Below, one piece after another: positions 53,301 to 64,000 of a DNA stretch of 64,000 bases. The notes under the pieces are model-generated. The model searched no databases, had not been told where the DNA came from, and saw only the letters and a program-made list of their open reading frames with translations. The stretch's first letter is position 1. Each line of letters starts with the position of its first letter. The translations under genes and the position numbers were made by a program. This DNA is from Gordius albopunctatus. Its lineage: Eukaryota. The stretch spans positions 5,580,001 to 5,644,000 of the forward strand of contig OZ193910.1 in the NCBI GenBank assembly GCA_964276515.1. Reading direction: 5' to 3'.

Positions 53301-56300
53301 AATGCCCAAAATTAATGACTATATATCATATCCATGGGCGTAGCTAGTATTGCAATCTGGGGAGGGGCAAAAGAACACTATTTTTTGAAATCCTAGCCCC
53401 ATAATTTTAATAAAATTCAACAAATCTTTAGATTTTAAGTGGGGGGGGACAGCCGCCCCTCCCTGCCCCCCTTGGCTACCCCCATAATCATATCTCTGTA
53501 TACGAACTTGATTAAAGTAAGGGATTATATGTTTGATGTTTAGTTTACCTATCACCGTCTTGCTGCGATGGCTAAAAGTAAATTTAGCTATATGCAAAAT
53601 TTAAAATTCACTCGTATTTTCGCGATGCCATTTTCTTTTCCAGTCTTTGTGTTAGCATGTGTATTTGTGAAATTGAAAGTTACCCGAATAAACGGGGCTG
53701 GTTTTTAGACAAAAATTTAAAAATCACTCTAAATAATTCCTCAACGAGACAAAATTATAAATTAGTCTAAATTTATACACGCGCCTGTTGGTCAACAAGG
53801 GTGCTACAATAAGAAACGAAGGTGATTCTGTTATTGTGGCGCGTATCGTTAAAAATGGATCGGCTGAAAGAACGGGTTTATTGCGGGAAGGCGACGAAAT
53901 ATTGGAAATAAACGGGGTTGAAATGAGGGGTAAATCGGTTAACGAAGTATGCAACGTCCTAGCTAACCTGACTGGTACCCTCACCTTCATCATTGTACCC
54001 AATAGGTTAGAAGTTAAAACTTTTTATCATTTATTTTATTCGACTTTAGTGAATTTTGTGGATTAATAAGTTTGAATATATTTTAGATTTCATATAATTC
54101 TTAGTTTTTACGTTAAATAACTTATAAAGATTATTTACCATTCATTATATTTGAGACGAGTGTAGTTGGCTTTAACAAAATCTTTACCAAAAATTATTTA
54201 TTAATGGGCAACATTTTATAATTGTTTAAAATTTAACAACACTTAGATATACGCTTAAGGGTTAATTATATAAAACTTTATATATAGAAAATTATTTAAT
54301 ATACCCAATAGGTCTATTGACGTTCCAACAGCTAGCGGGGATCACTCCCAAACCCATTTCCAGGACGATACTCCGGTTAGTGATGAGCAGCAGTTTGCAT
54401 CTTCATTTTTTAGGCATCATTAGATTTTTTAACAAGGTAAAATAAGCACATGCACGAATGGCCTCGTAAGAAATTTTTAAGCACCTAATGTGTAAAATAT
54501 ATTTTAAAATCTTCGTTGTTTTTATACCAAAGATTCATCACCTGTGTAAGCATTAGCGTTTTGACGATAAATATTATAAAAATATTATGCCCCGAGCTTA
54601 TATAACATCATATCAAAGCCCCCACAAATGCTGTATTAGTTTGGCATTAGTCAGGATATGACCCCTGCAAATAAATCTTGATAATCTAAAATTATTTCGT
54701 CTTTGCCAGATGTCGGTTCGAGCATATTTTTCCTACGATCCCGAAGAGGATTTATACATACCGTGTAGGGAGCTGGGTCTCTCCTTCCAAAAGGGCGATA
54801 TCCTGCACGTGATAAATCAGGATGACACCAACTGGTGGCAAGCTTATCGCGAGGGAGAAGACGTGTACGGTCTTGCCGGACTAATACCTTCCAAGACCTT
54901 CCAAATCCAGTAAACTTGTTCTTTTGAGCACTCCTTACAGCTTTTTTATAGTAACGTTTGTTATATGCATTGCCCTAATTATTATTATAATTTTATGAAA
55001 TAGGGAAACTCTCTAGCTTGAAGGAAGAAGACTTGTTTATACTTAACATAATTAGAGCGGGGACGAATAAATACTTTGTAAAATTCAAACTATTTAGATC
55101 CTGCTTAATTATAAAAAATTAAAGCTAAATTGAATCTCAAAATTACTCATATATCTTTTGGAAATCGCACCAATTGCATTTATTGCATCCCAATAGGCGA
55201 GAAACGTTAAAGATGACTTTGTTTGCCGAAGCCCAAAGTCGTCACGGCAAGAAGAGGCGTGCACCAGGTGCTGGTGCATCCCGCAAAAATGCCCACACCC
55301 TTTCCTCTGTCCCCGGTTACTCGCCTTACAACGCCTCAACGTTCAACAACGTTAACCCGCACCACAATGCCTTAAACAACGAATATAACGGCAACCATTT
55401 AAATAACGCTACCGCAACTCAACCCCGTGATTGGGGCAAAACCTTGTGTGGCGCCGATAGCTTGGCCCGAAGGCTCTGCGTCGACAGCGATTGTAGGGGC
55501 AGGCACGGCAAGAATAGTTACCTAGATGACGGTAACGCTCGGTTTTAATTATGAGGCACAATCTACCTAAATATATGATACTTGGATTTTAATCTTAGGT
55601 TTAGGGCTCTTGAATATAAGAATTTTTGTAAACTTTCTGGGTACTTTTTTTAATTTGTAAATTTTGGCCATTTTTTTGGACAAGGCGTATTTGGTTTTTC
55701 CCCCTCTAATTTAGTGAAACTTTGCTCAGGTCTATTTCTCTTACCTTAAAAATACCTGTTTTATTAGATTCAACAAGTTTTGTATATAATACTGCGAATT
55801 AAATATATGAATTCCTTAAGAAGTTATCTCAGTTGTGTGTATACATTTTTAAAACATTGTTCACATCTTAATTTAAACAAATAATATATATTTTTGTTTA
55901 TTTATGTGATGCTTATAATAGAAAAATCTCTTTATCATCAAAACAAAAAAATTATATGTTCAATTCATAAATTTTATTTATCAAACAAATGCTTATTATT
56001 TTGTTTAATATCCTTATAAAATTACAATTATATTAAAGTTCACTCTATTCATTGATTACAACAAAATTAATATTTTTAGAGTATGAATGCGATGAAATTT
56101 TAACGTACGAAGAAGTAGAGTTATACTATCCCCGGCCTGACAGGAAAAGGCCCATTGTGCTAATTGGACCTCCGGACATAGGAAGGCACGAACTAAGGCA
56201 AAAATTGATGGAAAGTTTTCCCGATCGCTTGTCAGCTGCTGTTCCGCGTATGATAGTTATCCTCCTCATATTTTTCTCTAACTAATTCCTTCAAATAACT

Positions 56301-59113
56301 CGTTTTTTGCCGTTAATGCTATTTTTTGCATAAAAAAATTGTGCTTTCATGTATGATACAAAATTAAATTTTTGTCAATTTGTCCCTCTTTTGGAAAAAT
56401 AACTATTTTTTTCTAATTTTAAAAAGAAATAAATGCGAAATTGGTCTAAATATTTACATGTGTTATTCAGACACTAGCCGAGCTCAAAAATTTGGTGAAA
56501 TAGATGGGCAAGATTACCATTTTTTGAATCGACAGGCCTTCGAATCCGACATTATGGCTGGGAAGTTTGTTGAGCATGGGGAATTCGAAAAAAATTTGTA
56601 TGGCACAAGCCTGGCTGCTATAAAACGCGTCGTGGATTCTGGAAAAAGTTGCATTCTAAATCTACACCCTCAAGTACGTGATATAGTACTTATTTTACAA
56701 ATTGGAAAATTTAAAAATTTTTATGCTTAAACTTTTTACATGCTGAATAATTTATAAACAAAAAAATTTAAATTATACTGTTTGAGCAGAATTAAACTTT
56801 GTGCTAATCCTGAAATTTCATTTTATTTATGTTCTACGAAACAAAAAGCGTAAAATGTTTAACAATCAAAGTATCTCAAATAAAAGAATCTAGGGGAGGG
56901 CTTAGGGTAATTAGCAATGTTAACCTAATATTCCAATTCAAAAACGAAAAAAAAATTCGATTCACAATTTGGCCAATGGTCATTTTTTCATTGTTCAATA
57001 ACCAGGACACGGTCAAAAAGTCATATTATCAATGGTATTAAAAAACAATATATTAATTTAATTTAAAAAAAAATTTTGCGCTCTCCGAGTATCGAACCAG
57101 CAAGTCAGAACTTTGGACGGACAATGGACAACAAAAAGCGAGCCCATAAATTGCATAGCAATTAAAAGTGGGAAATTAGATGTATTCTTTGATTTCTCTT
57201 AAAGCGAAGTTTTCATTGGGCTTAAAGCTTTCCAAAGTTGTTGCTATTATTAGGAGTGAGATGTGATTGATTAAATAAATGTTTTTGGTGATATTTGCGT
57301 CGAAAGAGATTTTATACTTGGTAAAGGTAACTTCAATAGAATTATGCATCTTTTACCATCGGAGGAAGACTGAGTGGCCTTTTTGTTTTTATGAGGAATT
57401 TATAAAGATTATATGGTCTAATAAATGACAAGTATCCATATCGAGTGGAATTTTTTTATATAGCATATATAGGGGAGACCGGGGCTAGTCGTAGCCCGGG
57501 GTTACTATTATCTTTCTAATTATTTTTTAAAATAATAATTATATTAAATCAAAATTTAAACCATATGTGTATTTTTCCATTAGGCATAAGTAAAAAATTT
57601 TTTGTTTAGAAAAAATAAAATTTAAAATTTTTATTGATAAAAAACGATTTTTCGAGGCTATTAGTAGCCTTATCAAAAAATTTTGTTTTGGGCATAAAAA
57701 TTTTTGGCTGAATAGTTTGGATTGATGTAACTTTTATCTTATAAAGGGAGATTTTTTATATAAAAACCGTCTAATGATTTAATTTTTATGTGCAATATAA
57801 CATCTTAAATTATTAATTGTTTAGGAAAATAGGGGTCGGCGCTAGTCGGAAAGGTGCTATTGCTAGCCATTTTTCATTGTGTCTTACAAATGACAAGATT
57901 TAAAAAACGAAAAATTTTGTTTAATAATCTAACTTAGTGTTATTTGGAATAGAAATAGACTATTATCATGCATTATAAAGCGACTAAAAGTTTTTTTCCG
58001 TTGTTTAATCCTTCTTGTGTATTTAAGTCAGATTGTCATCTTGACTCTTTTTTATTTGTTTTATATAAAATACAATCATATTACATTTGCATTCTCTACA
58101 TTTTTTATAATGAAACAATCTTTTTATTGATTTGAGTTAGCATGCACTAATAAGAAGTGAAAACGTCAGGGTTAATCTAACGGCTATGACTAGCTCCTGG
58201 CATTTTCAAAAAATTTTGGATTTTTGTTTTTTTTTTAAACTTAATTTTTGAGAAAACTATTACTTATTTGCCCCCAAATTTTTTTTATCTAGTAAAAATA
58301 GACCTTAAAAATATATTCCAACAAAAAAATTGGAAAATTGTTTTTAGACTTTTTTAAAACGCGATTTAATTTTTTATGGCTAAAGTAGCCCCGGTCTCCC
58401 CTATCTGTGTAAAATGTGTAATATTTTAATACCACCTTTTATTATTCAAGTCATTGAAAATTCTCTACCATTCCGACCTCATGCCGTACGTGGTTTTCGT
58501 TGCGCCGCCTAACATTGAAAAATTGAAGATTATCCAAGAGAAGCGAGGCGTTCACAAAAAGGTAAAGGCACATGCCAATTTAAACTTTTATGCTTTGACT
58601 GCGGAAGCTGCTTAACCAAAGAGATATTTATCATTTTTTCATACCGCTATATACACGGCTTAGATACTATGGATAATTCTTGTTGTCAAGGTTGTCGAGA
58701 AATTTTATGATTGCATATTTGGCGAAAGAATATAGTCAATGACAATTTACGGCGAATTATTAAGATGCAATTCGGCTATATCGAATATTTATTTTCTCCA
58801 TATTTTACGATAGGATGAGGAACTTGCCGAAATTATCGAAAAGGCGCGTGAGATCGAAGATAATTTTGGACATTATTTTGACATGATTATCATAAATACC
58901 GACCTGAATAAGACGTACAATCAGTTATTGGAAGAAATCAATAGGATAGAATGCGAACTTCAATGGGTGCCCAAGCCTTGGCTACATCTTTACCTACCCA
59001 CTCCACCCGATAACGATGAAACATTCGGACACCCTAATCAATACAATCCTAATCTCGACTCTCTATATCCCAATCATAGAAGCCTGAGCGGGAGGCATAC
59101 ATTTATTCCCTAA
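23713..59113 (+). CDS. MPP5: MAGUK p55 subfamily member 5 / PALS1 / Stardust-like gene (15 coding exons, ~1050 aa)
   Basis: join(23713..23779,40633..40742,48582..48636,49398..49760,50138..50446,52093..52376,52911..53288,53800..54005,54312..54375,54710..54909,55197..55531,56080..56247,56471..56673,58451..58561,58814..59113) = 3153 nt. All introns are GT-AG with matching phases, and the domain order is L27-L27-PDZ-SH3-HOOK-GuK with the PALS1-type FLRSSLRGS motif. Confidence 0.9.
24941..26230 (-). mobile_element. Heavily decayed hAT transposon (transposase C-terminal remnant plus terminus)
   Basis: The reverse strand gives fragments such as [15 protein letters not shown] and CLPVTT that parallel the 28755-30147 transposase. 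The terminus CAGGCGTGTA at 24941 resembles that at 30254. The 26230 boundary is approximate. Confidence 0.55.
26714..28736 (+). mobile_element. Helentron/DINE-1-like non-autonomous element (HINE) with internal tandem repeats
   Basis: Subterminal inverted repeats (ATGCAATTTATGGGC / GCCCATAAATTGCAT), a GTCAC-rich microsatellite near the 5' end, central tandem units, a 3' hairpin GGGCC-GAA-GGCCC, and no TSD. Confidence 0.7.
28755..30147 (+). pseudogene. hAT transposase pseudogene (ZMYM1/THAP12-like DUF4371 plus dimerisation domain)
   Basis: [25 protein letters not shown] and [26 protein letters not shown] motifs, broken by stops and frameshifts. Confidence 0.9.
33065..33121 (-). mobile_element. 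5' end fragment of the same HINE family
   Basis: GGACGGACAACGAAAAACTAGTCCATAAATTGCATAGCAATT. Confidence 0.6.
38030..39684 (+). mobile_element. Helitron (non-autonomous, containing a Rep fragment)
   Basis: A|TC start TCTATATATATAAAAAT, and an end GCCAAAGCAACATTGGCCGGGCTCAGCTAT|T similar to the 1790-2129 element. Removing it restores TTTCA|TTATCTATATAAATAACATAAAAACT as seen at 28070-28100. Confidence 0.85.
38821..39270 (-). pseudogene. Helitron RepHel N-terminal fragment
   Basis: [26 protein letters not shown]...[16 protein letters not shown]...[20 protein letters not shown]...KFLQM*F, with a frameshift and a stop. Confidence 0.88.
39726..39800 (+). other. tRNA-derived segment (A box, B box, T run) inside the HINE
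   Basis: TGGCGTGAGTGG ... GAGTTCAATCCC ... TTTTTTTTT; a more degenerate paralog lies at about 28115-28190. Confidence 0.5.
40633..40742 (+). CDS. MPP5: MPP5-like exon 2 (N-terminal PDZ-like segment)
   Basis: TTTTTAG acceptor; [37 protein letters not shown]; absent from the ORF track. Confidence 0.88.
40909..41369. mobile_element. hAT-type MITE (CATGGGCGTAG TIR)
   Basis: Perfect TIRs CATGGGCGTAG / CTACGCCCATG and perfect TSD AGTAAATG; contains a long poly(T) tract near 41273-41301. Confidence 0.92.
44577..44736. mobile_element. Short CATGGGCGTAG-family MITE
   Basis: TSD TTCCTATG on both sides. Confidence 0.85.
45423..45545. mobile_element. Short CATGGGCGTAG-family MITE
   Basis: TSD GCTAGTTT on both sides. 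Confidence 0.8.
46555..47182. mobile_element. hAT-type MITE (TAGAGCCCTG TIR, CCCGA repeats)
   Basis: TIRs TAGAGCCCTG / CAGGGCTCTA; perfect TSD CTTGAGAC. Confidence 0.9.
48582..48636 (+). CDS. MPP5: MPP5-like exon 3 ([18 protein letters not shown])
   Basis: TAG acceptor and GTAAG donor; supplies the last PDZ strand. Confidence 0.82.
49398..49760 (+). CDS. MPP5: MPP5-like exon 4
   Basis: [18 protein letters not shown]...PLDMTQL followed by a S/T/P-rich region; phase 1-1. Confidence 0.8.
50138..50446 (+). CDS. MPP5: MPP5-like exon 5 (ECR2-like coiled coil)
   Basis: RVKKYQNEL...[19 protein letters not shown]...ANPAF; phase 1-1. Confidence 0.85.
51935..52007. mobile_element. Minimal (73-bp) CATGGGCGTAG-family MITE
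   Basis: CGTGGGCCTAGCC / GGCTACGCCCATG termini; TSD ATCAGAGA / ATGAGAGA. Confidence 0.75.
52093..52376 (+). CDS. MPP5: MPP5-like exon 6 (L27N)
   Basis: CTGTAG acceptor; [12 protein letters not shown]...[17 protein letters not shown]. The donor GTAGAT is less certain. Confidence 0.75.
52911..53288 (+). CDS. MPP5: MPP5-like exon 7 (L27C and PDZ start)
   Basis: [14 protein letters not shown]...[13 protein letters not shown] with a GTAAGT donor. The acceptor (AAG, purine-rich) is less certain. Confidence 0.8.
53333..53486. mobile_element. Short CATGGGCGTAG-family MITE
   Basis: TSD ATCATATC on both sides. Further decayed copies lie near 17643, 31583, 32290, 35920, 43200-43361, 45942 and 49944. 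Confidence 0.85.
53800..54005 (+). CDS. MPP5: MPP5-like exon 8 (PDZ)
   Basis: [39 protein letters not shown]. Confidence 0.92.
54312..54375 (+). CDS. MPP5: MPP5-like exon 9 (PDZ-SH3 linker)
   Basis: A phase 2-0 exon is needed to connect exons 8 and 10; TAG acceptor and GTTAGT donor. Confidence 0.75.
54710..54909 (+). CDS. MPP5: MPP5-like exon 10 (SH3)
   Basis: [43 protein letters not shown]...AGLIPS. Confidence 0.93.
55197..55531 (+). CDS. MPP5: MPP5-like exon 11 (HOOK region)
   Basis: Phase 2-1 open exon with basic and Asn-rich segments. Confidence 0.78.
56080..56247 (+). CDS. MPP5: MPP5-like exon 12 (GuK start)
   Basis: [12 protein letters not shown]...[22 protein letters not shown]...AAVP. 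Confidence 0.92.
56471..56673 (+). CDS. MPP5: MPP5-like exon 13 (GuK)
   Basis: HTSR...EIDGQDYHF...[15 protein letters not shown]...[11 protein letters not shown]. Confidence 0.93.
56890..57163 (-). mobile_element. Truncated HINE copy (5' part)
   Basis: Reverse complement of the HINE 5' end and one tandem unit. Confidence 0.7.
57472..58401. mobile_element. TA-flanked MITE (probably Tc1/mariner superfamily)
   Basis: Perfect TIRs GGGGAGACCGGGGCTA / TAGCCCCGGTCTCCCC with TA on both sides. Confidence 0.85.
58451..58561 (+). CDS. MPP5: MPP5-like exon 14 (GuK)
   Basis: [29 protein letters not shown] acceptor and GTAAAG donor; absent from the ORF track. Confidence 0.88.
58814..59113 (+). CDS. MPP5: MPP5-like terminal exon (GuK end)
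   Basis: [31 protein letters not shown]...QWVPKPWL...stop. Confidence 0.9.
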   Translation, partial: DEELAEIIEKAREIEDNFGHYFDMIIINTDLNKTYNQLLEEINRIECELQWVPKPWLHLYLPTPPDNDETFGHPNQYNPNLDSLYPNHRSLSGRHTFIP

Positions 59114-60917
59114 AAGCTGTGCCTTTTTATTATTGTCATCGAAGTTGTGCATACATTCCGGTCAGCATATGATAACGTTTTGCAGAATCGTCTGTTACAC
59201 CCCTTAGCTTATCCCCGTTGTCTTACGAATTTTGGCACTTTTACAGGAATGCAATTATTATTGGGAATATACCGTGGGGAACGATTCATATTACAAAGGC
59301 TTGCTAATGGTGGAATCGCAGGCCTGCCTTTTTGTACATACGATTACCTATTATATATTTTGTTGTCGATTTTATAAAACACACTACTACCATTCCAAAA
59401 TTCGTTTTTCTCCGTTAATCATCTACCAAATTATATGCACCTATCAAGCAAATCCAATGATGTGTATATAATTTATACTACCTTCTTGTATGCTCTTTGA
59501 AATTGTTGCCCCTGAAGTGTTTTAATTATACAATTTATCAAACCAATTTTAACCTAATTTTTAAATAAATCATATGTTTATTTTTTGAAATATCTTAAAG
59601 AGAACCGTCTAAAATAAATTTTACTCTCGAACATAGTTTTATATTTAATATTTAAAAGTAAAAAATAATCGCTTTTAATTTTGTTAAAAAATCGGTTTTT
59701 TCAAAAGGAGGTAGAAGATGACATAATTCCCCTTCTCCTGTAGTATAGCAAAAATGTTTGCCACTATATAATTGTGAAGAAATTGCAATATGTATCAGTT
59801 TTGTTTTTAAAAACAATTAAAGGTGTCCACTTTTATTTTTTCACCATCCTTAAGGGCGTGTTTTATTTACCAACCCTAACTTAAAATACACTATGCCAAT
59901 TATGCATTATATCTTTTTAACCTTCATTTATTTATAGTCAGTAGCATTTTTTGTCCTCTTATTCATCTATCCACTTGTAAAATACTTTAAAAGTTTTAAT
60001 TTGTCAGAAATTATTTTATTCATTTTAAAATATTTCTTCTTTAAAACAAACCGATGATGTTAAAAGCTGTCGCATGCGCACGGAGCGGCAAGAAATTGAT
60101 TAAGTCGCCCCCAATTCTAAATTTAAATTTTTTTGATTTATATATAGGAAACTTAATAACTGGTTAAATGTTGTGTTATAATAATAATTAATTAAACAAG
60201 CAAATTTATTTAAACTTTAGTTATATTTTATGAGGCAAAATATATAATTCTTCGGTTTTATAGAACTTTTCCCGCCTTTGAGGAGTTTTACAATGAGATA
60301 TTATAAGTTCACTCAAGTTTAACTTCAAAACGATTGAAATACATTATTTCTGTCCGTCGAATTTGAAATAATAAAATAATATAATTTATTGGTACAATAT
60401 CTAAATATTACCTTCACAACATAAATAATAAATTTAAAATAGCCGATAAAAGCTTCAATAAATTTTAGAATGAAATTTAATAAAGGTGACTTATATCCGT
60501 CCTATCCTGAGTTCCAAAGAAATAAAAGCTATTTTTCTTGCATCTAAAGGAGCTTCTTTATCAATTCAACCCCAAAAATGTGAAAAATTAACACGTTAAA
60601 AATTCGGTTGATTCTAGGTGTGCATATAAAATATACGCTGTCTTTTTTTTCTCCTTACTCACCTTTTTCATTCTTTGCAGAACTACTGTTTAAAAAAAAT
60701 TAAAATTTAATTTTTATTTGCATGTTAAGGAATATGAAAAATTTTTTAGAAGATTTTTACCCTCATATTCAAGATAACTTATCCATAAAGAGAATATGAA
60801 AAATTTTAATATTCTGATTATTATATTGTTGCTACATATAGTTGTAATGTATATTGTTGGATAATAAGCTTAAAAAACTATGGTTGTATTAATTTAATGT
60901 GATTTAGCGAATCGATA

Positions 60918-63083
60918 ATGACAGTTACATATTCGGCAGATGTAGCTACCGAATCCTTTTCAGTTTTTTGGAAAATTTTGTTCAGGTGGAAAGGCACCGT
61001 TTACAAAATATTATGGAAAGAGTTCTTAATATTTGTCCTGGCTTATCTATCAATCAACGTCATCTATAGGTATGTTAATTCATTATATATGGTATAAGTA
61101 TAAATTATCATTATATAATTTACTGATTAACTTTGGATTGGGAATTAATTAATATAATTAAAATTCCCTGTATCAGATTTATTTCACATCTAATGCTTTT
61201 ATATAGTATAGGCTATCTTTCCAAGCACTTAATTTTTAAATGAATTAGACATATATATTTAATAATATTTAAACAAATTTGAAAGCATTTTAAGAGATTT
61301 ATTATCAGCCGTACGAGGGAAAAAGTCTATTAAATTTGAAAGCACCTTAACTTCAGTTTATACCTATATTGTTCCTAAACTGGTTGTTTTTAATAAATGT
61401 CTGTCAAAATTATAGAATGTTTGTAAAAGAAATTTATTTTTAGCTCCTTATAAAAGATACACTTATATAATTAATTCATTCCAAAATTTTAAGGGTGGGT
61501 ATAAAGAATAGCGAAATTCATCGTCGTCGATTCGAATCAGCCGTATTCACGTGCCAACAAATAGCAGACGGCATACCCATAGCGTTTATATTGGGTTTTT
61601 ACATTACCATAGTGGTAAATCGATTTTGGGACAGATACGATACACTACCCTGGCCCGACACTTTGGGCTTTTGCGTCAGTTCATTCATCATGGGGCAAGA
61701 TGAAAGAGGTCGTGTCCTAAGGCGAACACTCATACGGTACGTTAACGTGGCTTACATACTTTTGATGCGACAAATAGCGACTTCGGCTAAAAAACGTTTC
61801 CCCACCCTTCAACACCTCGTTGATTCGGGTGTACTGTTGGCGAATGAAAAAGAGGCATATGACAACATCAAATGTCCCTACCCCAAATGGTGGATCCCTT
61901 TGGCTTGGTGCAGCACCATTGTGGCTTTGTGCAAAAAGGAGGGCAGGATAAAGGACGATTATTCCGGTTCGAGGCTGGTGTCCGAAATCAGTGCCTATAA
62001 TACGTCTTGTAGACGAACCTTCGATTACGACTGGGTTTGCATCCCCTTGGTTTATACTCAAGTATACTAAAAGATAACGTTTAATCAATACAACTTCAAT
62101 AACTTAGTAAAGTGTGAGAAATGGTTTCGAAATTAATTAAAAATTTTAAAGTGTATTTTAAGTTATTCAATATTTATCGTGATAATTTGAAATCTTTATT
62201 TTATTCTACACCACTTTATTTAAGGTTGTCATTATAGCGGTCTACTCCTATTTTCTCACCAATCTCGTAGCCAAGCAATTCGTGAACTTGGATAGTAGCA
62301 GAGGTATTGTGGTCCATTCAACCTCAGCTGATACTGAATTCAGTTGGCTCTCATCTACCTTCTTCCTCTTCCAATTCATCTTCTATATGGGCTGGTTAAA
62401 AATAGCCGCTACAATTTTTAACCCGTTCGGGGAAGATGATGATGACTTTGAGATAAATTACCTTATCGACCGAAACTTGAGGGTATATAAAATTATCAAT
62501 TTAAGAATAAAGTTCTAATATAGATACGAATATATAAGGCGATGGCAAAATTTTAAAATACATTTAATTTTCATTACTTCGAGTTATTATTATACTATAT
62601 TTTGCAATGTTCCTTAAGCAGAATTTTATATTTCAAGGTCTCTTAGACCAAAATTTAAATGGGTATCACTATCATTAACACGAATGACAAAATAAGGCCA
62701 ATCATTACAATAAATATAGGGAACATTTAATAAACTTATATAAAACATTAAATTCTTAGGTGGGTTATTTGATAGTTGATGAAATGCACAACGAGCACCC
62801 CGAATTGATAAAAGATTCGTTTTGGGATCAAAAAGATATCAAGCTTCCATACAACTCAGCATCAGCTGAATCAGAAAAAGAGGCATTCAAAGGATCCGCT
62901 GCAAATGTTGTTATTTTGCCTGAGCAAAGTCAATTCTTACCCTTGGTTCCGATACAAGAGGAGACATTAGATATGGAAGAGTTATTAAATCAAGCCAGTG
63001 CTTTACAGAATCCAAGTAAAACTGATTTAAGCAACAAGCGTAGCCTGACTGCAAAACCTCTTCCTATCTTAACCCATAGGTAA
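60918..63083 (+). CDS. Best: Bestrophin family Ca2+-activated anion channel (4 coding exons seen; may continue beyond 63079 by splicing)
   Basis: join(60918..61069,61494..62061,62225..62482,62760..63083). Motifs are MTVTYS...RWKGTVYK, IPIAFILGFY, KKRFPT, DWVCIPLVYTQV, NPFGEDDDDFE and LIVDEMH. All junctions are GT-AG and in phase. Confidence 0.93.
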
Positions 63084-63125
63084 TACTAAACAACTTATAT
63101 TCTATAAACATATAAAATTATATAA

Positions 63126-63838
63126 AACTCGGGCCTTCGGCCCTCGTGGGAAGGGGGAGGGGGGAAGGGAAGGGAAGGGGGAACGAAACTCATCTATACT
63201 CCGTATAAAAGTAACATATTTGCTATGAAATTTATGGACGAGAAAGGTGGGAAGGAGCGAGAATGCCTATAGGGTTAGGGGGGGGGTATAAAATGCAAAA
63301 TGATTAGTTAATTATTTATACAAATTTTCCATTTAATTAAATTTTTTTTTGTCCTTTCCGGGTATCGAACCAGCAATTAAGAATTTGCCCTCGCCGGGAT
63401 TCGAACCCACATTAGTAGAGGCATAGACTTTTGTAGGGGGGAGGGCACAGGAATCCATATCAGTAGAGGCATAAGCCCTTCTAGGGGAGGGTATAGGGTA
63501 ATTTATCAATGTTAACCTAATATACTAATTCAAAAACGAAAAAAAAATTTCGAATCACAATTTGGCCAATGGTCATTTTTTTCATTGGTTAGTAGCCAGG
63601 AAAGTTCGAATCCCGGCGAGGGCCAATTTTTTTTAATTAAATGGAAAATTTGTATAAATAATTATTGCATTTAATACCCCCCTAACCTATAGGCATTCTC
63701 GCCCCTTCCCACCTTTCTCGCCCATAAATTGCATAGCAAATACAAATATGCTACTTTTATACGGAGTACAGATGAGTCGTTCACCCTTCCCTCCTGCACC
63801 TCCCTCCCCACTTCCCTTCCCCTCCTCCCCTTCCCACG
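63126..63838. mobile_element. Two oppositely oriented HINE 3' segments
   Basis: 63126-63600 is a minus-strand HINE end (GGGCCTTCGGCCC hairpin); 63603-63838 is a plus-strand HINE end. Confidence 0.75.
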
Positions 63839-64000
63839 TTTCGTTCGCTTTTTGGCGCGGGTGAAAATCGTCTGCGGTTTCACTATGAACGCCTCCTATC
63901 TACCAATTGTTATTTTTGTGATATATGATAAATTTCACGATGAATATAAAGATATTAAGAAAAAGAATGAAGAGTTTGATAAATTAGCCCAAAAATTCAC

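Noticed and set aside
59147..59471. ORFs downstream of the MPP5-like stop
   Set aside because: Non-ATG starts and no motifs; most simply 3' UTR.

Overview
This is AT-rich, intron-containing animal (invertebrate-type) genomic DNA, not prokaryotic. Two + strand host genes can be rebuilt from GT-AG exons with matching phases. The first is a 15-coding-exon MAGUK p55 / PALS1-Stardust (MPP5-like) gene at 23713-59113, about 1050 aa, with an extra N-terminal PDZ-like segment, an ECR2-like coiled coil, two L27 domains, PDZ, SH3, HOOK and GuK. The second is a bestrophin Ca2+-activated anion channel gene from 60918 to at least 63083. The remainder is dense with transposable-element debris: RTE-type LINE fragments, a Penelope-like GIY-YIG remnant, two Helitrons, two decayed hAT elements, many hAT-type MITEs with 8-bp TSDs, a TA-flanked MITE, and a Helentron/DINE-1-like (HINE) family carrying tandem arrays of tRNA B-box motifs. 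The most unusual structures are a near-perfect foldback of two inverted LTR-like units flanked by one 5-bp TSD (8836-9427), a Helitron whose Rep fragment is antisense to its termini, and a candidate alternative first exon of the MAGUK gene. All calls come from manual reading; no database searches were run, and boundaries of decayed elements are approximate.
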